The notes below the pieces were generated by a model, which was not told the origin of the DNA, did no database searches, and saw only the letters and a list, made by a program, of their open reading frames with translations. This document shows positions 20,824 to 30,554 of a stretch of DNA of 64,000 nt, piece by piece. Numbering within the stretch: position 1 is the stretch's first letter; each line of letters begins with the position of its first letter. The stretch spans positions 14,678-78,677 of the forward strand of contig CAKOIE010000002.1 of assembly GCA_934086395.1 (NCBI GenBank). The letters are read 5' to 3'. The DNA is from an uncultured Bacilli bacterium (GTDB taxonomy: Bacteria > Bacillota_I > Bacilli_A > RF39 > UBA660). A program made the translations under genes and the position numbers.

Positions 20824-21714
20824 CTATACTAATTCATAATTTCTAGCTATAATTCTTTTATCACTACAATATTCAATAATATATTCATTATTTTCTCTAC
20901 ATACAATTATTCCAATTGTTTTATCTTGATTTGATTTCTTTAAATTATTATCTATATAATTCATATATATTTCTATTTGTCCAATATGTTCTTTCTTTAG
21001 TTTTGCAACTTTAAGTTCTACTACAACATAACAATTAAACTCTATGTTATATAGTAATAAATCAATATAATTATATCTATCACCTAATTTTATAGGATAC
21101 TCATTACTAATAAAGCTAAAGCCTGATCCTAGTTCTTGCATAAAATTTTTAATATCTTCTAATATAATTTGTTGCAATACTTTTTCGGATATTTCAATAT
21201 ATTTATTTGTATTTTTAATCAATATTGGATTCTTTACTAAATCAGGTAATAATGGCTTTACATTTGCAATAAGTTTAGTCTTAGCGCTTTCACTAAGTCT
21301 TTCATATTCTTGAGATTTAATCTTATTTCGCAATTCTCTTATACTAATATTAAAGTTATTACAAATTCTTATGTAGTATATTATTGCATTGATATTTTTT
21401 AGCTTTAATAATTCTGAATAATGACTCCAAGTCAATTGTGTCGACAGTGTCGACACTTTTTCATCACTAAATACTTTATAAAATTGCTTCATCCTAAATA
21501 AGGTACGGCGATTATATTTTTTGCCTACTTCTACAACTAATCTTTTAGAATATTCGTCAATAATATTATCGCCATATTTACCACCAGCTTCGGTTAATAG
21601 TCTACCTATTTCAAAATAAGTATTTACGGTATTTCTTTCTTTTGAATAATCTTTTACTTTAGAGTATATTTCGTTATCGATTATTTTATTTTTTATTTCT
21701 TCATAATAATTCAT
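20824..21714 (-). CDS. DUF1016/YhcG-like PD-(D/E)xK nuclease family protein (copy A)
   Basis: Same architecture as copy B. The N- and C-termini are identical and the middle ~75 aa diverge. Confidence 0.7.
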   Translation of the reverse strand: MNYYEEIKNKIIDNEIYSKVKDYSKERNTVNTYFEIGRLLTEAGGKYGDNIIDEYSKRLVVEVGKKYNRRTLFRMKQFYKVFSDEKVSTLSTQLTWSHYSELLKLKNINAIIYYIRICNNFNISIRELRNKIKSQEYERLSESAKTKLIANVKPLLPDLVKNPILIKNTNKYIEISEKVLQQIILEDIKNFMQELGSGFSFISNEYPIKLGDRYNYIDLLLYNIEFNCYVVVELKVAKLKKEHIGQIEIYMNYIDNNLKKSNQDKTIGIIVCRENNEYIIEYCSDKRIIARNYELV

Positions 21715-21754
21715 TTTATCCTTCTTTCTAATTTATTTTTTCTTATTATCAATA

Positions 21755-22477
21755 TTATTTGTAGCTAATACACGTAACATTATCATCTAACATAAGTAAA
21801 TTCATTGGTTTATTTGAATAATTTTCTATTAATTTAACAACATTAAGTAATATTTCATCATCACCTGCTAATTGATATGAATAACTTATACTTAAAGATG
21901 TTAATAACTTTAATGCTTTAGTTAACCAACTATTAACATTATTTAATTTATTTAAAGATACATAAGTAGTTAAAGGAGTATTTTTAATAATCTCTCCTGT
22001 TTTATAATCACTATAAACATACTTTTCAATTAAAAAATTATTATTATATTCATAAGTTTGTAAAACAACTGAAGCATATCCTATTTTTTTATTATTCAAA
22101 GTTAAATTATTTTTTAATTCAAAACGAAAAATATAAGAATTACTACTAATTAATAATTTATTATTATAATTATTACTAATATTAGAAGAATCTATAAATA
22201 TATCAATAACTGGTTTATTTAATTCATATCTCATGTATTTAAAACTATCATTAGTAATAACATAAGAATTAATAATATTATTAAGTTCAATATCAAATAC
22301 TTTAGATATAATAGTTTTAAAATATATATTATATTTATTAAATAAATATTTAAATACTTCTTCATTAATTATTGGTAAATGAAAATCATTATTACATTTT
22401 AAATAATTATTAGTATTAATTAACTTAAGATTATAATTTAATTTATCTAGATCATATATTGTAATTAATTTTGCCAT
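21755..22477 (-). CDS. Hypothetical protein
   Basis: 240-aa Asn/Tyr-rich ORF. RBS AAAGGAATAAAATTT before the ATG. Confidence 0.4.
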   Translation of the reverse strand: MAKLITIYDLDKLNYNLKLINTNNYLKCNNDFHLPIINEEVFKYLFNKYNIYFKTIISKVFDIELNNIINSYVITNDSFKYMRYELNKPVIDIFIDSSNISNNYNNKLLISSNSYIFRFELKNNLTLNNKKIGYASVVLQTYEYNNNFLIEKYVYSDYKTGEIIKNTPLTTYVSLNKLNNVNSWLTKALKLLTSLSISYSYQLAGDDEILLNVVKLIENYSNKPMNLLMLDDNVTCISYK

Positions 22478-22489
22478 AAATTTTATTCC

Positions 22490-22518
22490 TTTCTAAAAAG
22501 AGGAAATATTTTCCTCTT
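22490..22518 (-). terminator. Terminator-like hairpin (GAAGAGGAAA..TTTCCTCTT then TTTT) at the end of the 3' UTR of the 22778..24295 gene
   Basis: 9-bp inverted repeat with a T-run on the minus strand. Confidence 0.45.
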
Positions 22519-22777
22519 CTATATATATATTTAGTATAAAGTTTATTAATTTACTTGTTTTTTTTGTAAATAAAATAGAATTTAATTAAAATAAAAAAGA
22601 CATTGAACCAATCAATATCCATTTTAACTTATAATATCTAAATAAAATAACTTCATATATTGTTAAAAATAACACTGTAAGAAATAGAAAATGTTTATAA
22701 AGTTTTCCTAAGAACGGGCTCCTATAATCGCGTGGCAGGTCCCTACCTGCCTGCTCTCCCTCGCGCTTCGCTATATA

Positions 22778-24295
22778 TCACTCAAGTGTATATGCATTTT
22801 CTATACTTTCGCCTGTTCCTCCAGCTATCACGACATCAGATTTTAAGAAAAGGGCCGGACGCACACCATACGTGCTGAAAGCAACGCGGTCGCTGACATC
22901 CCCGCCCGAACCGACACGGAACACATAATCCGCATCGCCAGAACTAGGGGACAAAGTCCATTGATATGCACTGTTAAATAACCAGTTATTTACTTTACTA
23001 TCAGCATCATCACAGTCGTATAAACTATTTCTGCATGCAGCTCCGGTTGATGCATATCCATAATCACTTGGATAAATTAAGGCGATTTTTCCATCCCATG
23101 CATTTTTTCTTGCTATTCCGTCTGATGGATTACTGATATGTAATGTTCCTCTTTCGGCATTGTACATATTCAAAGCAGAAACTGAATATGTATTATAACC
23201 ACCTAGATTCCATCTTACTTTTGCTACTTTATCTAATGAACTACTTTTTATATTTTTTCTATAATCGTATGATCCATTTTTTTCATTATTTTGTCCATTA
23301 TACCATAAGGTTGTACCACTCGTTTTATTTGATAAATACCCTTCAGCAATATCACTTCGACAATATGCTGTGCTTCCACTACCATCACAGTTTAATTCAT
23401 ACATTAAATCTGCTTGACTCCATTCATTTACTCCCCATCCATTATTTATACTTGATTCAGAAGTATCCCATGAATAATTTCCTAGTAAATCATTTCTTAC
23501 TATTTTTACAAGTGATTCCTTCTTTTCTTTACCATTCTCATCTATTGTTGTTATATTATTAAATACTCCTATTATTCTCCATATTTCATCACCATTAAAT
23601 TTTAGATAGTTCCTTGGTGATGCTCCTACATATCTTATATTTTTTTCTGGTGTATCATCTTTTTCTAATCCATTATCTGTTGCTGCTTTATTGTATGTAT
23701 TATTTAAATGTAAAAATAAGGGGGTTAGTGATGATGTATCGTTTGTATTTTCTATTGTTATTTTAGCGTTCAAAACTAATTGCCCATTTTTATTTTGAAT
23801 TTTATCTGATTTAGGAAAATATAAATTTAAACGATACTTAGTAGTTGTATTTGTTTTAGGTGATATTGTTAATTCTTTTAAAATTGCTTTACCAGCTGCT
23901 ATAGTTGGAAACATTGTCTTTTCTTGAACTACTGTACTATAATTTGTTCCACTATAAATATCATAATATAGAACACCGTCATTTTCAGTATCAGTAAATG
24001 TATTTAAATCTATTATTGTCTTCAAATACAATTTATAACTATTATTAGAAGTGTTTTTTACTGTTATAGAAAAATCCTTATAACCAATTGGTGTATCACC
24101 AGGTAATGCATTTTCAATAGTTATAGTACTCGTCGATTCAAACTTTGCAGATAACTGAGCACCTCCAATAATCATAGTTGATGAATCTTCTGACTTTATA
24201 TTTAAATCAAAATATGCATAAGTTATACCAAAAAATAATCCAATAGTTAATAAGAATACTAATAAAGTTATTATAATAATTTTGTTATTTTTCAT
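22778..24295 (-). CDS. Secreted protein with a TasA/camelysin-like SipW-cognate signal peptide and a conserved C-terminal domain (paralog 1)
   Basis: N-terminal 'KIIIITLLVFLLTIGLFFGITYAYFD' resembles TasA/CalY signal regions (GGTxAxF). C-terminal '..WTLSPSSG..VRPALFLKSDVVIAGGTGESIENAYTLE' is shared with paralog 2. Lies 35 nt downstream of the GH31 gene. Confidence 0.6.
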   Translation of the reverse strand: MKNNKIIIITLLVFLLTIGLFFGITYAYFDLNIKSEDSSTMIIGGAQLSAKFESTSTITIENALPGDTPIGYKDFSITVKNTSNNSYKLYLKTIIDLNTFTDTENDGVLYYDIYSGTNYSTVVQEKTMFPTIAAGKAILKELTISPKTNTTTKYRLNLYFPKSDKIQNKNGQLVLNAKITIENTNDTSSLTPLFLHLNNTYNKAATDNGLEKDDTPEKNIRYVGASPRNYLKFNGDEIWRIIGVFNNITTIDENGKEKKESLVKIVRNDLLGNYSWDTSESSINNGWGVNEWSQADLMYELNCDGSGSTAYCRSDIAEGYLSNKTSGTTLWYNGQNNEKNGSYDYRKNIKSSSLDKVAKVRWNLGGYNTYSVSALNMYNAERGTLHISNPSDGIARKNAWDGKIALIYPSDYGYASTGAACRNSLYDCDDADSKVNNWLFNSAYQWTLSPSSGDADYVFRVGSGGDVSDRVAFSTYGVRPALFLKSDVVIAGGTGESIENAYTLE

Positions 24296-24329
24296 TTACT
24301 CACCTTCTTTTATGATTATATATTATTTT

Positions 24330-26741
24330 TTATAATTCTGCTATATATTCTAATAATTTTAAGAACATTGTTATATATTTAGGATGTAATCCTTTTCTTT
24401 TTAATTTACGAATAGATATTCTTTTAGTTCTTATTTCTTCATCACTAAATAATATAGTCGCAATTTTTTCTTTTAATTCAGTTGTTATTTGTAAATCAGA
24501 TAGAATTGAATCTAAATCTTCATTTATTATTCTTTCTGCTTCTATTTCAATGTCTTTTCCTTTACAATTAATAGATAATTGAGTATTAGTTGGAACATTT
24601 AAAATAGATACTACAAAGTCATTTTCTTCTATAGAATATTCAAAATTATCTTGTTTTTCTTCACCAATATATACTAATACATCACTTGGTTTACGAACAT
24701 TTCTAAATCTTATTTTATAATTTCTAGTAGGCATTATTACTCTAGTTGTTCCACTTGTTGGTCTTATAATTACAGTATAATTATTTAATTGATAATTATA
24801 GTCTATATTTGTTATTAAATAAGCTCCTTTTTCATATTCAAGAGTTGTCCCATCATCTTCATATAATTTATACGTATTACTTTGTCCTGGAAATATTTGT
24901 ATTTCTAAATCTTTCGGATTAGATGTATCATTAATATTTTTTTCATCTAATATAGCCAAAGGAATTATAGTTCCTCTTTTAGCAAATACAGGATAATCTT
25001 CATCTTCATAGAATGTAACATATCTTTTTCCTCCCATAAATTTTTTACCAGTTTTAAAGTCATACCATATTCCATTTGGTAAAAATATTCTTTGGACTGT
25101 TCTATTCATTATTATATTCTTTTTAGTTGTTATAGGAGATATAAATAATTCACTACCAAAATAATATTCATTTTTATAATCTAGTTCATCATATATTTCA
25201 GGATAACGATAATATATTGGTTGAATTAATGGTAATCCAGTTTGACTATATTTATATGTTTCTGTATAAATATAAGGGATAAGACGATGTCTTAAATTTA
25301 AATAATCTTTAACTATAAGATATGTTTTAACATCCCATAACCATGGTTCTCTTTTATAATAGTGTGATGTATCTGATGAAAATCTAAGTATTGGAGAGTA
25401 TGTTCCTAGTTGGACAAATCTCATATATAGTTCAGGATCTTCAGTTCCTAATTTATATCCTCCAATATCATGAGACCAAAAACTTATTCCAATATTTGAT
25501 GATTTTGAATTAAATTCAGGTACCAAATTTAAATTCTTCCAACTTACAATTGTTTGTCCACTATAAAGAATTGGATATTTATGAGATGCAATTAAACCAT
25601 TACGAGAAAGTATCATTGGTCTTTTATTAAAGAATCTTTTAAAATCATATGTATGATAACGATTTAATGTTCTTAAAATACTAATATTTTTAGGATTATT
25701 ATAATCTATCCAGAAAAAATCAGTACCAAAATCATATAGTGGTTTAATTAGTTCATCAAAATATGCATTTAACATATCTGGATTATAAACATTAAAAGGT
25801 ATAATTCCTTCTCCTTCATATTTTGATTCTTGTTTAAATCTATTATAAGCTATTTCATCAGGAGATATTCCTTCCATAGGATTTATATTTAATCCAATAT
25901 GTATATTGTTATTGTGAAGATTATCTATTAATTCTTTAGGGTTATCTATTAAATTATAGTTGAATGTGAAACCAGAATTAGTTCCTTCATACTTTAAATG
26001 CCAATCTTTATTTAATAATATAATAGATAAAGGGATATTATGATATTTAAAGTTTTCTATAAGTTCATTTATCTGTTTATCAGTATAAGCAATATTCTTA
26101 TTCCACCAATTACCTAGAGCATATCTTGGTATAAGTGGTGGTTTTCCAGTTAGTTTAAAATAATCTCTTAGACAATACCCAAAATCTTTACGATATAAAA
26201 ATACATATGTATCTATTCTTTCATCTTCTCTTTTAATTAAGGAACCATCATCATTTATTATTAAAGAATTACTATCATCTATTGAAGCAAATCCATCTGT
26301 TGAATATAGGCCTTTTTCAAAATTAGCTGTTCCATCTATATCATCTAAAGAATATGATGTTCCCTTAAAGTTTCTAGCTTCAGGAGCACCAAAAAACCAT
26401 AGTTTATCAGTATTATTTAGACTAATCCTTAAATTTATATCTGGAGCTATTTTAGTTCCATAAAATGGTTTTTCTTTTTGATATTCTAGTTTAAAATAAT
26501 TAGTTGTAATGGTTAAAAATTCTTTATCATTTTTTACAAAGAATTTTGGTGGTTGGAATCTTCTAAATGAAGCAAATTCAGTTGGTCTATTTTCAAATTT
26601 TCCTTCATTTGAATATTCTAATCTTATTAAAACATCACTAAGTATAGTTATACGATAGTTTTTACCAATTATCATTGATTCTTCAAGTGATTTAGCTTCT
26701 TCATAATTTCTTATTAAAAAATGATCTTTTAATCTTGTCAT
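24330..26741 (-). CDS. Glycoside hydrolase family 31 (alpha-glucosidase/alpha-xylosidase-like)
   Basis: 803 aa. GH31-like catalytic region 'FFWIDYNNP' and 'HDIGGY'. Confidence 0.65.
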   Translation of the reverse strand: MTRLKDHFLIRNYEEAKSLEESMIIGKNYRITILSDVLIRLEYSNEGKFENRPTEFASFRRFQPPKFFVKNDKEFLTITTNYFKLEYQKEKPFYGTKIAPDINLRISLNNTDKLWFFGAPEARNFKGTSYSLDDIDGTANFEKGLYSTDGFASIDDSNSLIINDDGSLIKREDERIDTYVFLYRKDFGYCLRDYFKLTGKPPLIPRYALGNWWNKNIAYTDKQINELIENFKYHNIPLSIILLNKDWHLKYEGTNSGFTFNYNLIDNPKELIDNLHNNNIHIGLNINPMEGISPDEIAYNRFKQESKYEGEGIIPFNVYNPDMLNAYFDELIKPLYDFGTDFFWIDYNNPKNISILRTLNRYHTYDFKRFFNKRPMILSRNGLIASHKYPILYSGQTIVSWKNLNLVPEFNSKSSNIGISFWSHDIGGYKLGTEDPELYMRFVQLGTYSPILRFSSDTSHYYKREPWLWDVKTYLIVKDYLNLRHRLIPYIYTETYKYSQTGLPLIQPIYYRYPEIYDELDYKNEYYFGSELFISPITTKKNIIMNRTVQRIFLPNGIWYDFKTGKKFMGGKRYVTFYEDEDYPVFAKRGTIIPLAILDEKNINDTSNPKDLEIQIFPGQSNTYKLYEDDGTTLEYEKGAYLITNIDYNYQLNNYTVIIRPTSGTTRVIMPTRNYKIRFRNVRKPSDVLVYIGEEKQDNFEYSIEENDFVVSILNVPTNTQLSINCKGKDIEIEAERIINEDLDSILSDLQITTELKEKIATILFSDEEIRTKRISIRKLKRKGLHPKYITMFLKLLEYIAEL

Positions 26742-26759
26742 AGCAACCTCTCTATTCTA

Positions 26760-26970
26760 ATTTATAATAGCATAATAATTTTAATTTGACAATTAAATAT
26801 ATTATGTTATAATAGTTAATGATTTGAGGCAGATATATGCTTTAATTTAATTGTTTATTTGAAATAACTTTAGTAACTTAAACTGCCTAAGGGAAAAAGA
26901 TAATAAACTGTTAAATTATTTAATAAGTATAAAATAACTCTTATCAAATATATAGAAAGGAGTAATAAAA
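26760..26970 (+). promoter_or_regulatory. rpsD leader region (probable S4 autoregulatory 5' UTR)
   Basis: About 200-nt untranslated region upstream of rpsD with RBS AAAGGAG. Confidence 0.4.
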
Positions 26971-27573
26971 ATGTCAAGATATACTGGTCCTATTTATAAA
27001 AAATCTCGTAGATTAGGTTTTTCTGTATTAGAAAATGGTAAGGAACTTGCTAAAAGACCTTATGCTCCTGGAATTCATGGAACAAGTAGAAGAAAAAAAT
27101 CTAGTGAATATGGAATCCAATTAGAAGAAAAACAAAAATTAAGATTTATGTATGGATTAAGTGAAAAACAATTTGCTCGTACTTTTGAAAGAGCTGGTAA
27201 GATGAGTGGTATTCATGGTGAAAATTTACTTAAATTACTTGAAAGTAGATTAGATAATATTGTTTATCGTATGGGTCTTGCTAACACTAGAAGAGGTGCT
27301 AGACAACTTGTTAATCATGGTCATATTACTGTAAATGGAAAGAGTGTTAATATTCCTTCTTATACAGTTAAACCTGGTGATGTAATTAGTGTTAAGGAAA
27401 AATCTTTAAATCATCCAGCAATGAAACAAGCTTTAGAAAATGTTGTTGCTAGAGCTAAATTTGTTGAATTTGATGCTAATAAGATGACTGGAACTTATGT
27501 TAGATATCCAGAAAGAAGTGAACTTAACGCTGATGTTAATGAATCATTAGTAGTTGAATTCTATAACAGATAG
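26971..27573 (+). CDS. rpsD: 30S ribosomal protein S4
   Basis: '[18 protein letters not shown]' and the S4 RNA-binding domain '[34 protein letters not shown]'. Confidence 0.95.
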   Translation: MSRYTGPIYKKSRRLGFSVLENGKELAKRPYAPGIHGTSRRKKSSEYGIQLEEKQKLRFMYGLSEKQFARTFERAGKMSGIHGENLLKLLESRLDNIVYRMGLANTRRGARQLVNHGHITVNGKSVNIPSYTVKPGDVISVKEKSLNHPAMKQALENVVARAKFVEFDANKMTGTYVRYPERSELNADVNESLVVEFYNR

Positions 27574-27575
27574 TA

Positions 27576-27600
27576 GGAACGAAGAAATTCGTTCTTTTTA
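27576..27600 (+). terminator. rpsD intrinsic terminator
   Basis: GGAACGAA-GAAA-TTCGTTCT followed by TTTTT. Confidence 0.6.
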
Positions 27601-27810
27601 TTTGTTTTTTAATATTTTATGCTACTCTATTTGTATATCAGTTAACGTAAAAAAATTAGTTATACTACTTTAAGAGACTATGACTAATTTATAAGGTTAT
27701 AAAAAATATAGAAGTTATTTTTGATAGTATAACACTTACAAAATACAAACGAATAAGAATTGAAAAGTAAAAACAATAAATTATGATAGGCTCAGCATTT
27801 TTCTTTTATA

Positions 27811-27848
27811 AAAAAAATAGTAAGATTAATTTCTTACTATTTTTTTAA
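27811..27848. terminator. Bidirectional terminator at the ileS 3' end (A-run, AGTAAGA..TCTTACT hairpin, T-run)
   Basis: 7-bp stem flanked by A8 upstream and T8 downstream. Overlaps the ileS stop codon. Confidence 0.55.
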
Positions 27849-30554
27849 TACATCATGACATCTAGGGCAAACATCGCCAACTAATTCATCAACATAATTC
27901 CAACATCTATTACATTTTTGACCAGATGATTTTTCAACTAAAAGATTTACATTTTCTCCTTTAGGTAATTCTTCATTAGTAAAGATAACTTTAGATACAA
28001 TCAATAATTGATGAATATATTTGCCTAATTCTTCTTTAACTAAATTGTATTTTTCTGATAAATTAAGTTTAACTTCGGCTTCTAGAGATGAACCAATAAC
28101 TTTTTCACTTCTTGCTGTTTCTAATGCTTTATTAACATCTGCTTTTATTTCGAAGAATAAATCCCATACTTTTTCATCAAAATTATAATCTTTTACTGTA
28201 GGCATATCTAATAGATGAACGCTTTCGCTCTTATTTTCACCAGGAATATATCTATATGCTTCTTCTGATGTGTAAGGTAAAATTGGAGCAAGTAATGTAA
28301 CTAAATTATTTATAATATTATATAAAACTGTTTGAACGCTTCTTCTGACTTTTGAATCAGCTTTTTCAATATATAAAATATCTTTAGTCATATCTAAGTA
28401 GAAGTTAGATAATGTGAATGAAATAAAGTTATTTGTTTCTTTATATACATTATTAAATTCATATTTACTATAGTAATCTAAAACATTTTTAGTATATTTG
28501 TTTAGTTCACTCATCATGTATTTGTCGTATGGATACATGTCAGCAAATGTAATTGTGTTTTCTTCTGGTTTGAAATCATTTAAGTTTCCTAAAATAAATT
28601 TATAGGTATTTCTAATTTTACGATAACTTTCTTGAACTTGTTTTAAGATTTCATCGCCGATACGAACATCTTCGGTATAATCTGTAGATGCTGCCCAAAG
28701 TCTTAGAACATCGGCACCTCTTTTATTGCATTCAGTTACAGGATCAATTCCATTACCTAATGATTTAGACATTTTATTACCTTTTCCATCAAGAGTGAAT
28801 CCATGGGAAATACATTCTTTGTATGGGCTTCTTCCATGAACAGCTACTCCGGTAATTAATGATGAATTAAACCATCCACGATATTGGTCAGATCCTTCTA
28901 AGTAGATGTCTGCTGGATAATCTAGACCTCTTGCACATAATACGCCAGTATGAGTTGAACCTGAATCAAACCAAACATCCATAATATCTTGTTCTTTAGT
29001 GAACTTTCCATTTGGACTTGCTGGGTTAGTATATCCTTCTGGTAATAAATCTTTCGCTTCTCTTTCAAACCAAACGTTTGAGCCATATTCTCTAAATAAA
29101 GCTGCTACATGCATCATTACATCATAATCTAAAATAGCTGAACCATCTTCATTATAGAAAATTGGTAGTGGTACTCCCCAAACTCTTTGTCTTGAAATAC
29201 ACCAGTCTCCTCTACCTTCAATCATATTATGAAGTCTTACTTTACCCCATTCTGGATGCCATTTAATATTATTTTCAATTTCATCTAAGATTTGTTTTTT
29301 AATTGGCTCGATTGAGCAGAACCACTGAGATGTTGCTCTAAAAATAATTGGTTTTTTAGTTCTCCAGTCATGTGGATATGAGTGAGTTATTTCTTTAACG
29401 CAAAGTAAATTTCCTAATTCTCTTAATTTAGTAATAATTGCTTTGTTAGCATCTTCAAAATATAGACCAGCAAATTCTTTGCCAGAGTTTTCGTTTAGTT
29501 TTCCATCATCGTTAACTCCAAAAATCATTTCTAATCCGTATTTTTTACCCCAAGCAAAGTCAACTTCACCATAACTAGGTGCTGTGTGAACTAAACCGGT
29601 TCCATCTTCATCAGATACTTCTTCTCCACAAATTACTGGACTAATTCTTTCTACTAATGGGTGAGAATATTTAACTCCTTCAATATCTTTTCCTTTAAAT
29701 CTTGAAATTTCAGTATAGTTTTCCCATTTAAATAGTAGTGTTACTTTATCAAGAAGTGTTGCTCCTACTACATAATGTTTTCCATCTACTTCTACTTTAA
29801 CATATTCAAAATCAGGATTAACGCAGATTCCAGTATTTCCTGGTAATGTCCATGGAGTTGTTGTCCAAATAACTAAATATTCTCCATTTTCTAAATAATT
29901 ATTTCCTTCACAAACTGGAAATGCAACAAAGATTGATAAATCTTTTTTATCTTTATATTCAATTTCAGCTTCTGCTAGGGCTGATTCAGAAGATGGTGAC
30001 CAATATACTGGCTTCATACCTTTAAAAATTAAACCTTTTTTAGCCATTTCAGCAAATACTTCAATTTGTTTAGCTTCTAATTCATGTTGAAATGTAGCAT
30101 AATAGTGCTCCCAATCAGCTAAGACATTTAATCTTTTAAATCCTTCCATTTGTTTAGATACTTGTTCTTTAGCATATTTTTCACAAATTGTTCTAAATTC
30201 AGCTTTTGACATTGATTTACGATCAATACCACTATTTGTAACAGCTTGTTCAATTGGTAGTCCGTGAGTATCCCATCCTGGAATATATATTACGTCTCTT
30301 CCACTCATCATATAATAACGATTAATAAAATCTTTAAGAATTTTATTCATGGCATGACCAATATGAATTGAACCATTAGCATATGGTGGTCCATCATGTA
30401 AAACGAATGGTTTCTTTCCTTTATTCTTTTCTCTAGTTTTAGCGTAAAGATTCATTTCTTCCCATTTTTGGGCTTGAATTATTTCATTTTCGCCTAAATT
30501 TCCTTTCATTTGAAATTCGGTTTTTGGCATTAATAGTGTTTCTTTGTAATCCAT
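27837..30554 (-). CDS. ileS: Isoleucine--tRNA ligase
   Basis: HIGH motif 'PYANGSIHIGHA', KMSKS motif 'KMSKSLGN' and a C-terminal zinc knuckle 'CNRCW...CPRCH'. Confidence 0.95.
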   Translation of the reverse strand: MDYKETLLMPKTEFQMKGNLGENEIIQAQKWEEMNLYAKTREKNKGKKPFVLHDGPPYANGSIHIGHAMNKILKDFINRYYMMSGRDVIYIPGWDTHGLPIEQAVTNSGIDRKSMSKAEFRTICEKYAKEQVSKQMEGFKRLNVLADWEHYYATFQHELEAKQIEVFAEMAKKGLIFKGMKPVYWSPSSESALAEAEIEYKDKKDLSIFVAFPVCEGNNYLENGEYLVIWTTTPWTLPGNTGICVNPDFEYVKVEVDGKHYVVGATLLDKVTLLFKWENYTEISRFKGKDIEGVKYSHPLVERISPVICGEEVSDEDGTGLVHTAPSYGEVDFAWGKKYGLEMIFGVNDDGKLNENSGKEFAGLYFEDANKAIITKLRELGNLLCVKEITHSYPHDWRTKKPIIFRATSQWFCSIEPIKKQILDEIENNIKWHPEWGKVRLHNMIEGRGDWCISRQRVWGVPLPIFYNEDGSAILDYDVMMHVAALFREYGSNVWFEREAKDLLPEGYTNPASPNGKFTKEQDIMDVWFDSGSTHTGVLCARGLDYPADIYLEGSDQYRGWFNSSLITGVAVHGRSPYKECISHGFTLDGKGNKMSKSLGNGIDPVTECNKRGADVLRLWAASTDYTEDVRIGDEILKQVQESYRKIRNTYKFILGNLNDFKPEENTITFADMYPYDKYMMSELNKYTKNVLDYYSKYEFNNVYKETNNFISFTLSNFYLDMTKDILYIEKADSKVRRSVQTVLYNIINNLVTLLAPILPYTSEEAYRYIPGENKSESVHLLDMPTVKDYNFDEKVWDLFFEIKADVNKALETARSEKVIGSSLEAEVKLNLSEKYNLVKEELGKYIHQLLIVSKVIFTNEELPKGENVNLLVEKSSGQKCNRCWNYVDELVGDVCPRCHDVLKK

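Noticed and set aside
22858-22960. Possible diversity-generating retroelement (DGR) variable region at the C-terminus of paralog 1
   Set aside because: The difference from paralog 2 is not confined to adenine positions. The segment length differs by 2 codons. No reverse transcriptase or template repeat is present in the window. A recombination patch is the more likely explanation.
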